From an uncultured Candidatus Saccharibacteria bacterium (GTDB taxonomy: Bacteria; Patescibacteriota; Minisyncoccia; UBA6257; 2-01-FULL-56-20), in NCBI GenBank assembly GCA_964484655.1, contig CAZAFA010000001.1, forward strand, positions 97,518-161,517: a DNA stretch of 64,000 nt, read 5' to 3'. This document shows positions 34,251 to 42,770 of this stretch, piece after piece. Every line of letters starts with the position of its first letter. Positions within the stretch are counted from its first letter, which is position 1. A model generated the notes under the pieces. The model saw only the letters and a program-made list of their open reading frames with translations. It had not been told where the DNA came from and did not search any database. The position numbers and the translations under genes are program-made.

Positions 34251-35459
34251 ATGACGCTCGCTGACATCTTCTTCGGTAGCGGGCTCGCCGCCCTGCTCTG
34301 GCTCCTCGTCGCGGCGCTCCCGCTGCTCCTGATCCGCCCGATGCTCTCGGCGCTCACGTTCTGGCGCCAGCAGCTCTACATCAGCAAGAGCATGGAGTCG
34401 ACGGTGCTCGAGCTCCGCATCCCGCCGGACCTGCACCGCAGCCCGCGCGCCATGGAGCAGGTGCTCGTCGCGCTGCACGGGCTCCGCAACGCCCCGAAGA
34501 CCTGGCGCCAGTACCACGTCGACGGCGTGGTCACGCGCTGGTTCTCGTTCGAGATCGTCAGCCAGGGCGGCCAGCTCCGCTTCTTCATGCGCGTCCCGAG
34601 CGCGCTCAAGAACCTCGTCGAGTCGGCGCTGTTCTCGTACTACCCCGAGGTCGAGGTGATCGCGGTGCCGGACTACGTCGCGACGCTGCCGCACACGGTC
34701 TTCGACCTCGAGGCGCAGAAGCTCGATCTCTGGGGCACCGAGATCGCCGCCGCGAAGCCGGCCGTCATCCCGTTCAAGACGTACCAGGCGTTCTCGTCCG
34801 GCGAGAAGGACGGCATCGACCCGCTCTCGTCCATGGTCGAGGTGCTCGGCAAACTCAAGAAGGAGGAATTCGCCGCCATGCAGATCGTCGCGGCGCCCGC
34901 GGACCGGTCCTGGAGCAAGGACGGGGCCGCGATCATCGCGAAGATCAAGGAGACCGGCGCGCTCACGCCGGGCGAGACCACGAACGTGAAGGAGATCGAG
35001 GACAACGTCGGCAAGCCGGCATTCGACGCTCTCGTGCGCGCGGTCTATATCGCTCCCGCCGAGGGCTTCTCGTCCGGCTTCGCCGCGGCGGGCATCACCA
35101 ACGCGCTCAACCAGCTCAGCAGCCCGAAGCACAACGCCTTCGCGCCCGTGCTCGGCACCGGCGGCAAGGGCGCGCAGGCCGTGCGCAGCAGCAAGGCGCG
35201 CATGCTCTGGGCGTTCCGCACGCGCGCTATCCCGCAGAAGGAGTTCTGGGGCAAGTTCCTGACCTCGCTCCCGGGATACCGCAACAACAAGGAGCGCTGG
35301 GCGCCGCTCTCGGTGGAGACGCTTGCGACCATGTTCCACCCCCTCCCGTCGAGCGTCCTCACCGCGCCGCACCTCGAGCGCCTCGCCAGCCGCCGCGTCT
35401 CCGCTCCGGCCGGCCTGCCGATCTACGGCGACGAGGAGGCCATCAAAAAGTTCCTCTAG
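34251..35459 (+). CDS. Hypothetical membrane-anchored protein (402 aa)
   Basis: N-terminal TM hairpin, then a large soluble domain with no recognisable family. Tightly linked to the flanking genes. Confidence 0.5.
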   Translation: MTLADIFFGSGLAALLWLLVAALPLLLIRPMLSALTFWRQQLYISKSMESTVLELRIPPDLHRSPRAMEQVLVALHGLRNAPKTWRQYHVDGVVTRWFSFEIVSQGGQLRFFMRVPSALKNLVESALFSYYPEVEVIAVPDYVATLPHTVFDLEAQKLDLWGTEIAAAKPAVIPFKTYQAFSSGEKDGIDPLSSMVEVLGKLKKEEFAAMQIVAAPADRSWSKDGAAIIAKIKETGALTPGETTNVKEIEDNVGKPAFDALVRAVYIAPAEGFSSGFAAAGITNALNQLSSPKHNAFAPVLGTGGKGAQAVRSSKARMLWAFRTRAIPQKEFWGKFLTSLPGYRNNKERWAPLSVETLATMFHPLPSSVLTAPHLERLASRRVSAPAGLPIYGDEEAIKKFL

Positions 35460-35462
35460 CCC

Positions 35463-35951
35463 ATGTTCGAAACCATCCTCGGCTACCTGGCCCTCGTCCT
35501 GCTCTTCCTGCTCCTGCTGGATGCGGTCATCGTGGCCCTGTTTGTCTGGTTCTCGCGCGAGGCGGCCGCGGTGAAGCCGGACATCCTGGGCGCGCCGAGC
35601 ACGGCGGCCCAGGAGGCCGCGCAGAGCTCCCGCGCCGAGGCCGTGCGGAAGGCGTGGGGCGAGATCGAGGCGTCCGCGACCGCCGGAACGGACGGGAAGC
35701 GCCTCGCGGTCATCAACGCCGACCGGCTCGTCGACCGCCTCCTCAAGGATGCGGGCTACGAGGGCGAGGGCGCGCTCGAGCGCATGAAGGCGCTCCCGCG
35801 CGAGAAGGTGGCGACCGCCGCGGACCTCATGGCCGCGCACCGCTTCCGCAACCGCCTCGTGCACGAGGTCGGCTTCCAGCCGGACGACCGCGCGCTCGAC
35901 GGCGCGCTCGCGCAGTTCCGCGCGTTCCTGACCGAAGTCGGGTATCTTTAG
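35463..35951 (+). CDS. Hypothetical membrane-anchored protein (162 aa)
   Basis: Single N-terminal TM, then a soluble domain. Starts 4 nt after the previous stop. Confidence 0.5.
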   Translation: MFETILGYLALVLLFLLLLDAVIVALFVWFSREAAAVKPDILGAPSTAAQEAAQSSRAEAVRKAWGEIEASATAGTDGKRLAVINADRLVDRLLKDAGYEGEGALERMKALPREKVATAADLMAAHRFRNRLVHEVGFQPDDRALDGALAQFRAFLTEVGYL

Positions 35952-35954
35952 CGC

Positions 35955-37055
35955 ATGGCTGAGAAGAAGCCAGCTCGCCTCGAGCTGCACATGGTCAAGT
36001 ACACGCCGCCGCCTGCGGACCTGCCGGTGTACGGCTCGGTGCCGGCCGGCAAGCTCACCGTGATGGGGCGCAGCACGTACGTCGCGCCCATGACCGACGA
36101 GCAGGGCTACGTCTTCGGCATCCTCGAGGAGGACCGCGCGTCGGGAGTGCACGTGATCGGGCGCGCCGGCTCGGGGAGGACGAAGCTCCTCGAGGCCATG
36201 GCGCGGCAGGACCTGGCTGCGCGACGGCCGATCGCCGTGATCGACGCGAGCGGGGACCTGATCGCGAGCCTTCTGGGCGGCATGGGCGAGGAGGCGCGCA
36301 AGGCGGCGGTCGTGATAGGGGAAGGGTATCCGGGAGGCATCGATCTGCTCCCGCAGCCGGGGCAGGAGTTCCTCTTCGCGGACACGCTCGCCGAGGCCGC
36401 GGCGGAGTTCGCCGGCACCGGCTTCGACCCGAAGCTCAGGCGCGTCATCGCCGCCGAGCTCGCGGCGCGTCCGGCCTCGATGCTCGAGCTCGCCGAGCGC
36501 CTCAAGGGCAACGAGGACGCGGCCGCGGTCTCGGACATGCTCGAGGAGATCCTCGCGTACCCGACCGGCAAGGAGATCCTCGGCGGCGGGCATCCGCCGA
36601 CGGGCACGATCTTCGCGCTCCTGCAGCCGGCAGAGCTCGGCTTCTCCCGCGCCCGCGCGCTCGCGCACCTGGTCTCGGACGCGGTCATCCGCGCGCACGC
36701 GGAGGAGCGCCTCCTGCCGCTCTACGTGGACGGGCTCGAGATCCTCTCGGGACGCGGCGGCCTGCAGCTGCTGCGCGACATGCATACGCACCGGATCGCG
36801 CCGGTACTCGCGCACCGCATCTACGCCGACATCTCGCCGGCGGTGCTCTCGACGATCTCGGGCACCATCGGGACCGAGGTGGCGTTCCGGCTCTCGGGCG
36901 AGGATGCCAGCCGCGCGCGCAACGAGTTCTCGCAGACGTTCGACGTCCGCGACTTCCTCGTGATGGGCTCGCGCCAGTGCTACGTGCGCCTCCAGATCAG
37001 GGGCGAGCTCCGCGAGCCGTTCTCGGCGGAGACGCTGCCCCTCGTGCGGCAGTGA
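35955..37055 (+). CDS. Degenerate paralog of the DUF87/HerA/VirB4-type ATPase at 38516; predicted catalytically inactive
   Basis: Block-wise alignable to the 38516-40210 protein (VHVIGRAGSGRTKLLEAM..IAVIDASGDL versus MYIIGKSGTGKSTLIGNM..VAVVDPHGEL, and the C-terminal ...FRLSGEDASRARNEF... versus ...FRVGADDAAFLEREF...). Walker A is GSGRT (Lys to Arg) and Walker B is YVDGLE instead of YVDEFQ (Glu lost). Confidence 0.6.
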   Translation: MAEKKPARLELHMVKYTPPPADLPVYGSVPAGKLTVMGRSTYVAPMTDEQGYVFGILEEDRASGVHVIGRAGSGRTKLLEAMARQDLAARRPIAVIDASGDLIASLLGGMGEEARKAAVVIGEGYPGGIDLLPQPGQEFLFADTLAEAAAEFAGTGFDPKLRRVIAAELAARPASMLELAERLKGNEDAAAVSDMLEEILAYPTGKEILGGGHPPTGTIFALLQPAELGFSRARALAHLVSDAVIRAHAEERLLPLYVDGLEILSGRGGLQLLRDMHTHRIAPVLAHRIYADISPAVLSTISGTIGTEVAFRLSGEDASRARNEFSQTFDVRDFLVMGSRQCYVRLQIRGELREPFSAETLPLVRQ

Positions 37056-37768
37056 AGGCCGCCGAGGACTTCCCGCGGCGCATCAACAAGCATCTCGCGA
37101 TGCTCGGCGTCGACACGCGGCGCGGCGCGGACGACCTGATCAAGGCCGGGAAGGTGACGATCAACGGGGCCGTCGCCAAGGCGGGGGACTGGGTGCATGA
37201 AGGCGACCGCGTCGAGGTCGCGGGCGCCGGGCCGAAGCGGTACGCCTACTTCGCGTACCACAAGCCGGTCGGGGTGGTCACGCACTCGCCCCAGGAAGGG
37301 GAGACCGGCATCAAGGAGCGGACGGCGTTCTCCGGCATGCCGAAGGACGTCTTCCCGCTCGGGCGCCTCGACAAGGCGTCCTCCGGCCTAATCCTCCTCA
37401 CCAACGACGGCCGCGTCACCGACCGCCTCCTGAACCCGAAGTTCGCGCACGACAAGGAATATATCGTCACGACGAAGGAGCGCATCGGGCCGAGCTTCCA
37501 GCGCATCCTGACCAAGGGCGTCGACATCGGCGGGTACGTGACGCTGCCGAGCGTGGTGAAGCTGCGCGGCGACCACGAGTTCTCGATCCAGCTCCGGGAG
37601 GGGAAGAAGCACCAGATCCGGCGCATGGTCGTCGCACTCCGCAACGACGTGGTCACGCTCAAGCGGATACGGGTCATGAACGTCCGTCTCGGGACGCTCA
37701 AGCCCGGACAGGCGCGGCCGATCGAGGGCGAGGAGCTCGAGACGTTCCTGAAGGGGCTCGGCCTGTAG
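37052..37768 (+). CDS. rsuA: 16S/23S rRNA pseudouridine synthase, RsuA/RluB family
   Basis: S4 domain (RINKHLAMLGV..SRR-like), catalytic GRLDKASSGLILLTNDG and C-terminal KKHQIRRM. The GTG start overlaps the upstream stop (GTGA). Confidence 0.8.
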   Translation: MKAAEDFPRRINKHLAMLGVDTRRGADDLIKAGKVTINGAVAKAGDWVHEGDRVEVAGAGPKRYAYFAYHKPVGVVTHSPQEGETGIKERTAFSGMPKDVFPLGRLDKASSGLILLTNDGRVTDRLLNPKFAHDKEYIVTTKERIGPSFQRILTKGVDIGGYVTLPSVVKLRGDHEFSIQLREGKKHQIRRMVVALRNDVVTLKRIRVMNVRLGTLKPGQARPIEGEELETFLKGLGL

Positions 37769-37769
37769 G

Positions 37770-37797
37770 TTGCAAAATATATAAAAAGTGCTATAAT
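37770..37797 (+). promoter_or_regulatory. Consensus-like promoter TTGCAA-16-TGcTATAAT
   Basis: Perfect -10 TATAAT with an extended TG and a good -35. It is followed by a GCAGGC-ttcg-GCCTGC hairpin at 37810-37825 in the 5' UTR and AAGGAGA before the ATG at 37859. Confidence 0.6.
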
Positions 37798-37858
37798 ACT
37801 GGACGGTTAGCAGGCTTCGGCCTGCCGATACATCTGATACATAAGGAGACTGAATTTT

Positions 37859-38428
37859 ATGTTCGAAGGCGTCATCGCCAATCACAACGGAACCGGCTTC
37901 TCGAAGCTGGACAGGGATCTCTTGACCTTCCTGCGCGAGCGGGAAGCCAACAAGAAAGGATGGCACTCGTATAGCCATAGCGTGGGCAACCTCAGCTACG
38001 GGATCCGGGCGAAGTCCGTCGGAAACGACCTGATCGTGACCGTCAACGGCTTCTGCGTGCACAACACGCGGGAGAAGCGCCGCGTCGGGATTGCACTTCT
38101 CGAGGACAGCGCGCTCACGCTCGCGATCGGTCATGACATCGCGCTGATCGTCCCCACGGAGGATCTCGAGATGACCTGGGCGGTCAGGAAGCTCTTCCCG
38201 AACTTCCGCGCCGACCTCGCGCCGCATCTCGGTCGCGTGTTCGAGCTTGTCGAGTCTTACCTCAGAGGCGACGCCTCCAAGACGCTCAAGGCTCGTCTCG
38301 ACCCGGTCGCCGGGTTTCTCGGTCGCGACGTGAAGCACTGCATCAAACGGCTCGAGGAGCTCGTGCCCGAAAGAAAGGCGGAGCGAATCAACAACAGCAT
38401 GGCGACGCAGCTTGCTGCACTCGCCTGA
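37859..38428 (+). CDS. Hypothetical protein (189 aa)
   Basis: Strong promoter and RBS. No recognisable domain. Sits between the two ATPase paralogs. A terminator-like hairpin at 38442-38464. Confidence 0.5.
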   Translation: MFEGVIANHNGTGFSKLDRDLLTFLREREANKKGWHSYSHSVGNLSYGIRAKSVGNDLIVTVNGFCVHNTREKRRVGIALLEDSALTLAIGHDIALIVPTEDLEMTWAVRKLFPNFRADLAPHLGRVFELVESYLRGDASKTLKARLDPVAGFLGRDVKHCIKRLEELVPERKAERINNSMATQLAALA

Positions 38429-38498
38429 TCCACTCAAAGGAGGCCCCGTTCGCGGGGTCTTTTCGCATCCCGGGCGCACGGATAATTCATCCGGCCCC

Positions 38499-38507
38499 TG
38501 ATATACT
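38499..38507 (+). promoter_or_regulatory. Extended -10 TGaTATACT 8 nt upstream of the ATG (leaderless-type); conserved context CCGG..CTGATATACT.GCCTCGTATG
   Basis: Identical TGATATACT at 8943. The TATACT-[g/t]GCCTCGT-ATG arrangement is also found at 46957-46973. Confidence 0.4.
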
Positions 38508-38515
38508 GGCCTCGT

Positions 38516-40210
38516 ATGGCAGAGGACCAGGAGGACGTAACCTTCATCGGACGCACGGACTTCCGCGGCGCGGAGCGGCTCTTCGGCGTGAAGCGGAAGG
38601 ACCGCCGCCAGCACATGTACATCATCGGCAAGTCCGGCACGGGAAAGTCGACGCTCATCGGCAACATGCTCGTCCAGGACGTCGCCAACGGGGAGGGCGT
38701 CGCGGTCGTGGACCCGCACGGCGAGCTCGTCGAGGGCATCATGCGGAAGATCCCGCAGAGCCGCGCCGCGGACGTCGTGTACTTCAACCCGGCCGATCTC
38801 GAGTACTCCATCGGCTTCAACGTCCTCGAGCTGACCGACCCGGACGACCCCAAGGAGAAGAACCTGGTGGCCTCGGGCCTCATGAGCATCTTCGCGAAGA
38901 TCTGGGAGGGCGCCTGGTCCTCGCGCATGGAGCACATCCTGCTCAACACCATCCTCGCGCTCCTCGACAACCCGGGCTCGACGCTCCTCGGCATCCCGCG
39001 CATGTACGCGGACGCCGCGTACCGCCAGGCGATCCTCAACAACGTCACGGACCCGTCCGTGCTCTCGTTCTGGCTCAACGAGTACGCGACCTGGGACGAC
39101 CGCTACCGCAAGGAGGCGATCGCGCCAATCCAGAACAAGGTCGGCCGCTTCCTCTCCACGCCGCTGGTGCGCAACATCGTCGGTCAGAGCAAGAGCACCA
39201 TCGACCTGTACAAGCTCATGAACGAGGGGAAGATCTTCCTCGTGAACCTCTCCAAGGGCATGATCGGCGAGGACAACTCCGCGCTCCTCGGCGCGATGCT
39301 CATCACCAAGATCCAGCTCTCGGCCATGCGCCGCGTGGAGATCAAGGACGAGGACGAGCGCGTCGACTTCTACCTCTACGTCGACGAGTTCCAGAACTTC
39401 GCCACGGACTCCTTCGCGACCATCCTCTCCGAGGCGCGCAAGTACCGACTCAACCTCGTCGTGGCCCACCAGTACATCGGCCAGCTCGTCACGGACGCCT
39501 CGTCGCGCGTCCGCGACGCGATCTTCGGCAACGTCGGCACCATGCTCAGCTTCCGCGTCGGCGCCGACGATGCCGCCTTCCTGGAGCGGGAGTTCTCGCC
39601 GGAATTCACGGTGCACGATCTCATAAACCTCCCGAACCGCCGCATCTTCATCAAGCTCATGGTCGACGGCGTCTCCTCCCGCCCGTTCTCTGCCGCCACG
39701 CTCCCGCCGTTCAAGGCGACGGAGATCAGCATCCCTGAGGACGAGGTCGTCGCCAGCTCCCGGAAACGCTACGCGCGGCCGCGCTACCAGGTGGAGACGG
39801 AGATCAACCAGAGCTCCGGACTCGGCGGCGCCCAGCAGATGCGCGACCGCGCCGCGGCGCCGGGCGAGCGGCGCACCCCGCGCGTGCGCGCCCAGCAGGC
39901 GGATCCGGGGGACCTCGCCGCGCTCGGCTTCGACATCGCGCAGGCGACCCGGCCCCGCCCCCCGCGTCCCGCGCCCCGCCAGCATGCGTCGGCACCGCAC
40001 CCGCCGGCCCCGCGTCCGCGCGCTCCGGGCCAGGCGCCCGAGCGGCGTCCCGCGCCCCGCGCTTCAGAACCCGCGCGCGGGACCGGCGGGATCTCGCTCG
40101 CCGAACTCGGCCGGGCGCCCGGCAAGGAGGCGCCTGCCAAGCCCCAGGTCGACGTCAACGCCATGAAGGATGCCATCGCCAAAGCGCTCGAGAGCAGGAA
40201 AGAGGACTAG
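38516..40210 (+). CDS. DUF87/AAA_10-type P-loop ATPase (HerA/FtsK/VirB4/TraG superfamily) with a Pro/Arg/Ala-rich low-complexity C-terminal tail
   Basis: Walker A IIGKSGTGKSTLI, VAVVDPHGEL, Walker B FYLYVDEFQNF and arginine-finger-like NLVVAHQ...; no TM segment. The last ~130 aa are a low-complexity tail that overlaps the trmD start. Confidence 0.7.
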   Translation: MAEDQEDVTFIGRTDFRGAERLFGVKRKDRRQHMYIIGKSGTGKSTLIGNMLVQDVANGEGVAVVDPHGELVEGIMRKIPQSRAADVVYFNPADLEYSIGFNVLELTDPDDPKEKNLVASGLMSIFAKIWEGAWSSRMEHILLNTILALLDNPGSTLLGIPRMYADAAYRQAILNNVTDPSVLSFWLNEYATWDDRYRKEAIAPIQNKVGRFLSTPLVRNIVGQSKSTIDLYKLMNEGKIFLVNLSKGMIGEDNSALLGAMLITKIQLSAMRRVEIKDEDERVDFYLYVDEFQNFATDSFATILSEARKYRLNLVVAHQYIGQLVTDASSRVRDAIFGNVGTMLSFRVGADDAAFLEREFSPEFTVHDLINLPNRRIFIKLMVDGVSSRPFSAATLPPFKATEISIPEDEVVASSRKRYARPRYQVETEINQSSGLGGAQQMRDRAAAPGERRTPRVRAQQADPGDLAALGFDIAQATRPRPPRPAPRQHASAPHPPAPRPRAPGQAPERRPAPRASEPARGTGGISLAELGRAPGKEAPAKPQVDVNAMKDAIAKALESRKED

Positions 40211-40874
40211 GCCGCGCATCCGCTTCACGATCCTGACGGCGACTCCCGAGGTCGTCGCGCCGTACGCGGCGGGATCGGTGCTCGGCCGCGCGCAGAAAGC
40301 CGGCATCATAGCCGTGGAAACGGTGCCGCTGCGCGACTTCGCCGACCCGCCGCACTACCACATCGACGACCGCCCGTTCGGCGGGGGACCGGGCATGGTC
40401 CTCAAGGTGGAGCCGATCGCCCGCGCGGTGAAGGCCGCGATCCCGCGCAAGAGCGCCGGCGCACGCGTCATCCTGTTCTCGACGCGCGGGCGCGTCTTCG
40501 ACCAGAAGGAGGCGGAGCGACTGTCGAAGTACCGGCATCTCGTCTTCGTGTGCGGCCGCTACGAGGGCGTCGACGAGCGCGTGGCCGAGCATCTCGCCGA
40601 CGAGGAGCTGAGCCTCGGCGACTTCGTGCTCACCGGGGGCGAGCTGCCCGCGCTGACGGTCATCGACGCGGTCTCGCGCCTCGTGCCCGGCGTTCTGGGC
40701 AAGACCGAGTCCCTGGAGGGGATCAAGGGCAGCTTCCCGACCTACACCCGTCCCGCGTCCTACGCGCCGGGCAGGGGCAAGGTCACCTGGGACGTCCCTG
40801 ACGTGCTCGCCTCGGGCAATCACGCGGAGATAGAGCGGTGGCGACGTTCCGCCGGCTCTCAGGGGACGCGGTAG
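40170..40874 (+). CDS. trmD: tRNA (guanine37-N1)-methyltransferase TrmD
   Basis: SPOUT knot motifs GRYEGVDERV and SLGDFVLTGGELPALTVIDAVSRLVPGVLG. The only in-frame start codon is the ATG at 40170, 41 nt inside the preceding gene. Confidence 0.85.
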   Translation: MPSPKRSRAGKRTRPRIRFTILTATPEVVAPYAAGSVLGRAQKAGIIAVETVPLRDFADPPHYHIDDRPFGGGPGMVLKVEPIARAVKAAIPRKSAGARVILFSTRGRVFDQKEAERLSKYRHLVFVCGRYEGVDERVAEHLADEELSLGDFVLTGGELPALTVIDAVSRLVPGVLGKTESLEGIKGSFPTYTRPASYAPGRGKVTWDVPDVLASGNHAEIERWRRSAGSQGTR

Positions 40875-41956
40875 CGCTCGGCGCGGCAGGCCTGGTCGTC
40901 GGTACCGCGCTCGCCGCGCTGGGCGCTCCGTCCCTGCCCGTCCTCGCGTCCGCCGCGGGCTGTTCGTTGCTGCGCGTCAGAGGCAGGGGAGTCCTCTGCG
41001 CCAGCCTGCTCGCCGGCGCGCTCCTCGCGGGAGCGCGCGGCGTGGGGATGCGTGCCGAGATCCTCGATCCGCTCGACGGGACGCGGGACCGCCTGCTCCG
41101 CCCGCTCGTCGCCGCGATCCCGGGCGAAGCGGGCGCGCTCGCTGCTGGCCTGACGCTCGGGGAGAGCCGGTACTTCAGCCGCGCCTTCCGGGACGCGATG
41201 CGCGCGAGCGCGACCACGCACCTGGTAGCGCTCTCCGGCTTCAACGTGATGCTCGTCCTCGGCTTCGCGCGACGCCTGTTCCGGCTCTGGTTCGCGCTGC
41301 GGGAGGAGGCGCTCCTCGGCGTCCTGTTCCTCGCCGCGTTCGTCGCACTCGCAGGATTGCAGCCGTCCCTGCTGCGCGCGGCGATCATGGGGACCGCGCT
41401 TCTCGTTGCTCAGCTGGCTGGAAGACGCGTCGCGCCTGCACGCCTACTGCTGCTCGCCGCGGCGCTGATCCTGCTCTACGACCCGCGCCTTGCGACCCAT
41501 CTCGGATTTATCCTGTCGTTTATCAGCAGCTGGGCCCTGATGGCTATCTTCGGGGACGTGGAACGCTTCCTCGCAACCGGCATGCGCCTCGGCGCGACGA
41601 TCCGCAGAGTCCTGGTGCCGACGCTCGTCGCGCAGCTCGGCGTCGCGCCGGCGCTCCTGGCGACCGTCGGCTCGGTCTCGCTGATCGGCCTCGCCGTGAA
41701 CCCGGTCGCGATCGCGATGACCCCGTTCCTGACCGCGCTCTCGGGCGCGACGCTCCTCCTCGCGCACGCGGCGCCCCCGCTCGCCGCGCTCCTGGGACCC
41801 CTCGCGGGACTCGCAGGACTGCCCGCGATCGCCGCGATCACGCTCGCGGCGCGGCTGCCGCTCGAGGTCGCGGTAGCGGTCCCTGCGTGGGCGGCCTGCG
41901 TCCTCTACGCCGGCAGCGTCCTCTGGTCGCTGAAGCGGAAGCCGGAGCTATGGTGA
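40838..41956 (+). CDS. comEC: ComEC/Rec2 competence-channel core (membrane domain only)
   Basis: About 10 TM helices with the ComEC signature THLVALSGFNV. The N-terminal OB/DUF4131 region is short or absent. Confidence 0.75.
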   Translation: MATFRRLSGDAVALGAAGLVVGTALAALGAPSLPVLASAAGCSLLRVRGRGVLCASLLAGALLAGARGVGMRAEILDPLDGTRDRLLRPLVAAIPGEAGALAAGLTLGESRYFSRAFRDAMRASATTHLVALSGFNVMLVLGFARRLFRLWFALREEALLGVLFLAAFVALAGLQPSLLRAAIMGTALLVAQLAGRRVAPARLLLLAAALILLYDPRLATHLGFILSFISSWALMAIFGDVERFLATGMRLGATIRRVLVPTLVAQLGVAPALLATVGSVSLIGLAVNPVAIAMTPFLTALSGATLLLAHAAPPLAALLGPLAGLAGLPAIAAITLAARLPLEVAVAVPAWAACVLYAGSVLWSLKRKPELW

Positions 41957-42756
41957 GATGGTTCCTCGTCGCGGCGTTCGCGCTCGGCGGCGGCGCTGCG
42001 CTGCTTGCGACGCGTCCGGCAGCGGCCGCGCCGCGCCTGACCGTGCTCGACGTCGGCCAGGGGGACAGCGTCGTCATCGACGCCGGCCTCGCAGTCATGG
42101 TGGACACGGGAAATCCGGGATCGCAGGCGCTCGCAAAGGCGCGCGCCCGGGGTCATGCTGTCCGCGCGCTCCTGATCTCGCACCTCCACGACGACCACGC
42201 GGGGGACGCGTCCGCGGTGATCGCCTCCGGCATCACGGCGGCTTTCTGGAACGGCCGGACCGGCGGGGCGCTGCACGAGAAGCTGCACGCGGCAGCGGCG
42301 GATGCTGGCGTGCCGCTCGTCGCGGTCGTGCCCGGGGACCGCATCCGCGCCGGCGGCGCGACGCTCCGGGTGATCGGACCGGACCGCGGCTATCTCACCA
42401 GCGGCGACCCGAACGACACCTCGCTCTCGATCCGCGCCGAGCTGCCCGGCTTCGCCGCCATCCTCACCGGCGACGCTAATCTCGAGGGCGAGGAGGCGCT
42501 GCCTCCGGCGCTGCTCCGCGCCGACGTCCTCAAGGTCGGCCACCACGGCTCCAGGACGAGCTCCGGCGAGGTCTTCCTCGCTCGGGTCTCGCCGCGGATC
42601 GCGCTCGTCTCGAGCGGGGCAGGGAACCGGTACGGCCATCCCGCGCCTGAGGCGCTCGCGCGCCTCCGCGCCGCCGGCGCCGCGGTCTACCGGACCGATC
42701 AGGCGGGCACGATGACCGTGACGTTCGAAGGCGCCGGACTGCGGGTGCTCCGCTAG
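41950..42756 (+). CDS. ComEC C-terminal metallo-beta-lactamase domain encoded as a separate, translationally coupled ORF
   Basis: LTVLDVGQGDS...HLHDDHAG...VGHHGS...GHP, an MBL fold. Its ATG overlaps the upstream stop (ATGGTGA). Confidence 0.75.
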   Translation: MVRWFLVAAFALGGGAALLATRPAAAAPRLTVLDVGQGDSVVIDAGLAVMVDTGNPGSQALAKARARGHAVRALLISHLHDDHAGDASAVIASGITAAFWNGRTGGALHEKLHAAAADAGVPLVAVVPGDRIRAGGATLRVIGPDRGYLTSGDPNDTSLSIRAELPGFAAILTGDANLEGEEALPPALLRADVLKVGHHGSRTSSGEVFLARVSPRIALVSSGAGNRYGHPAPEALARLRAAGAAVYRTDQAGTMTVTFEGAGLRVLR

Positions 42757-42770
42757 GGTATACTCCTTCC

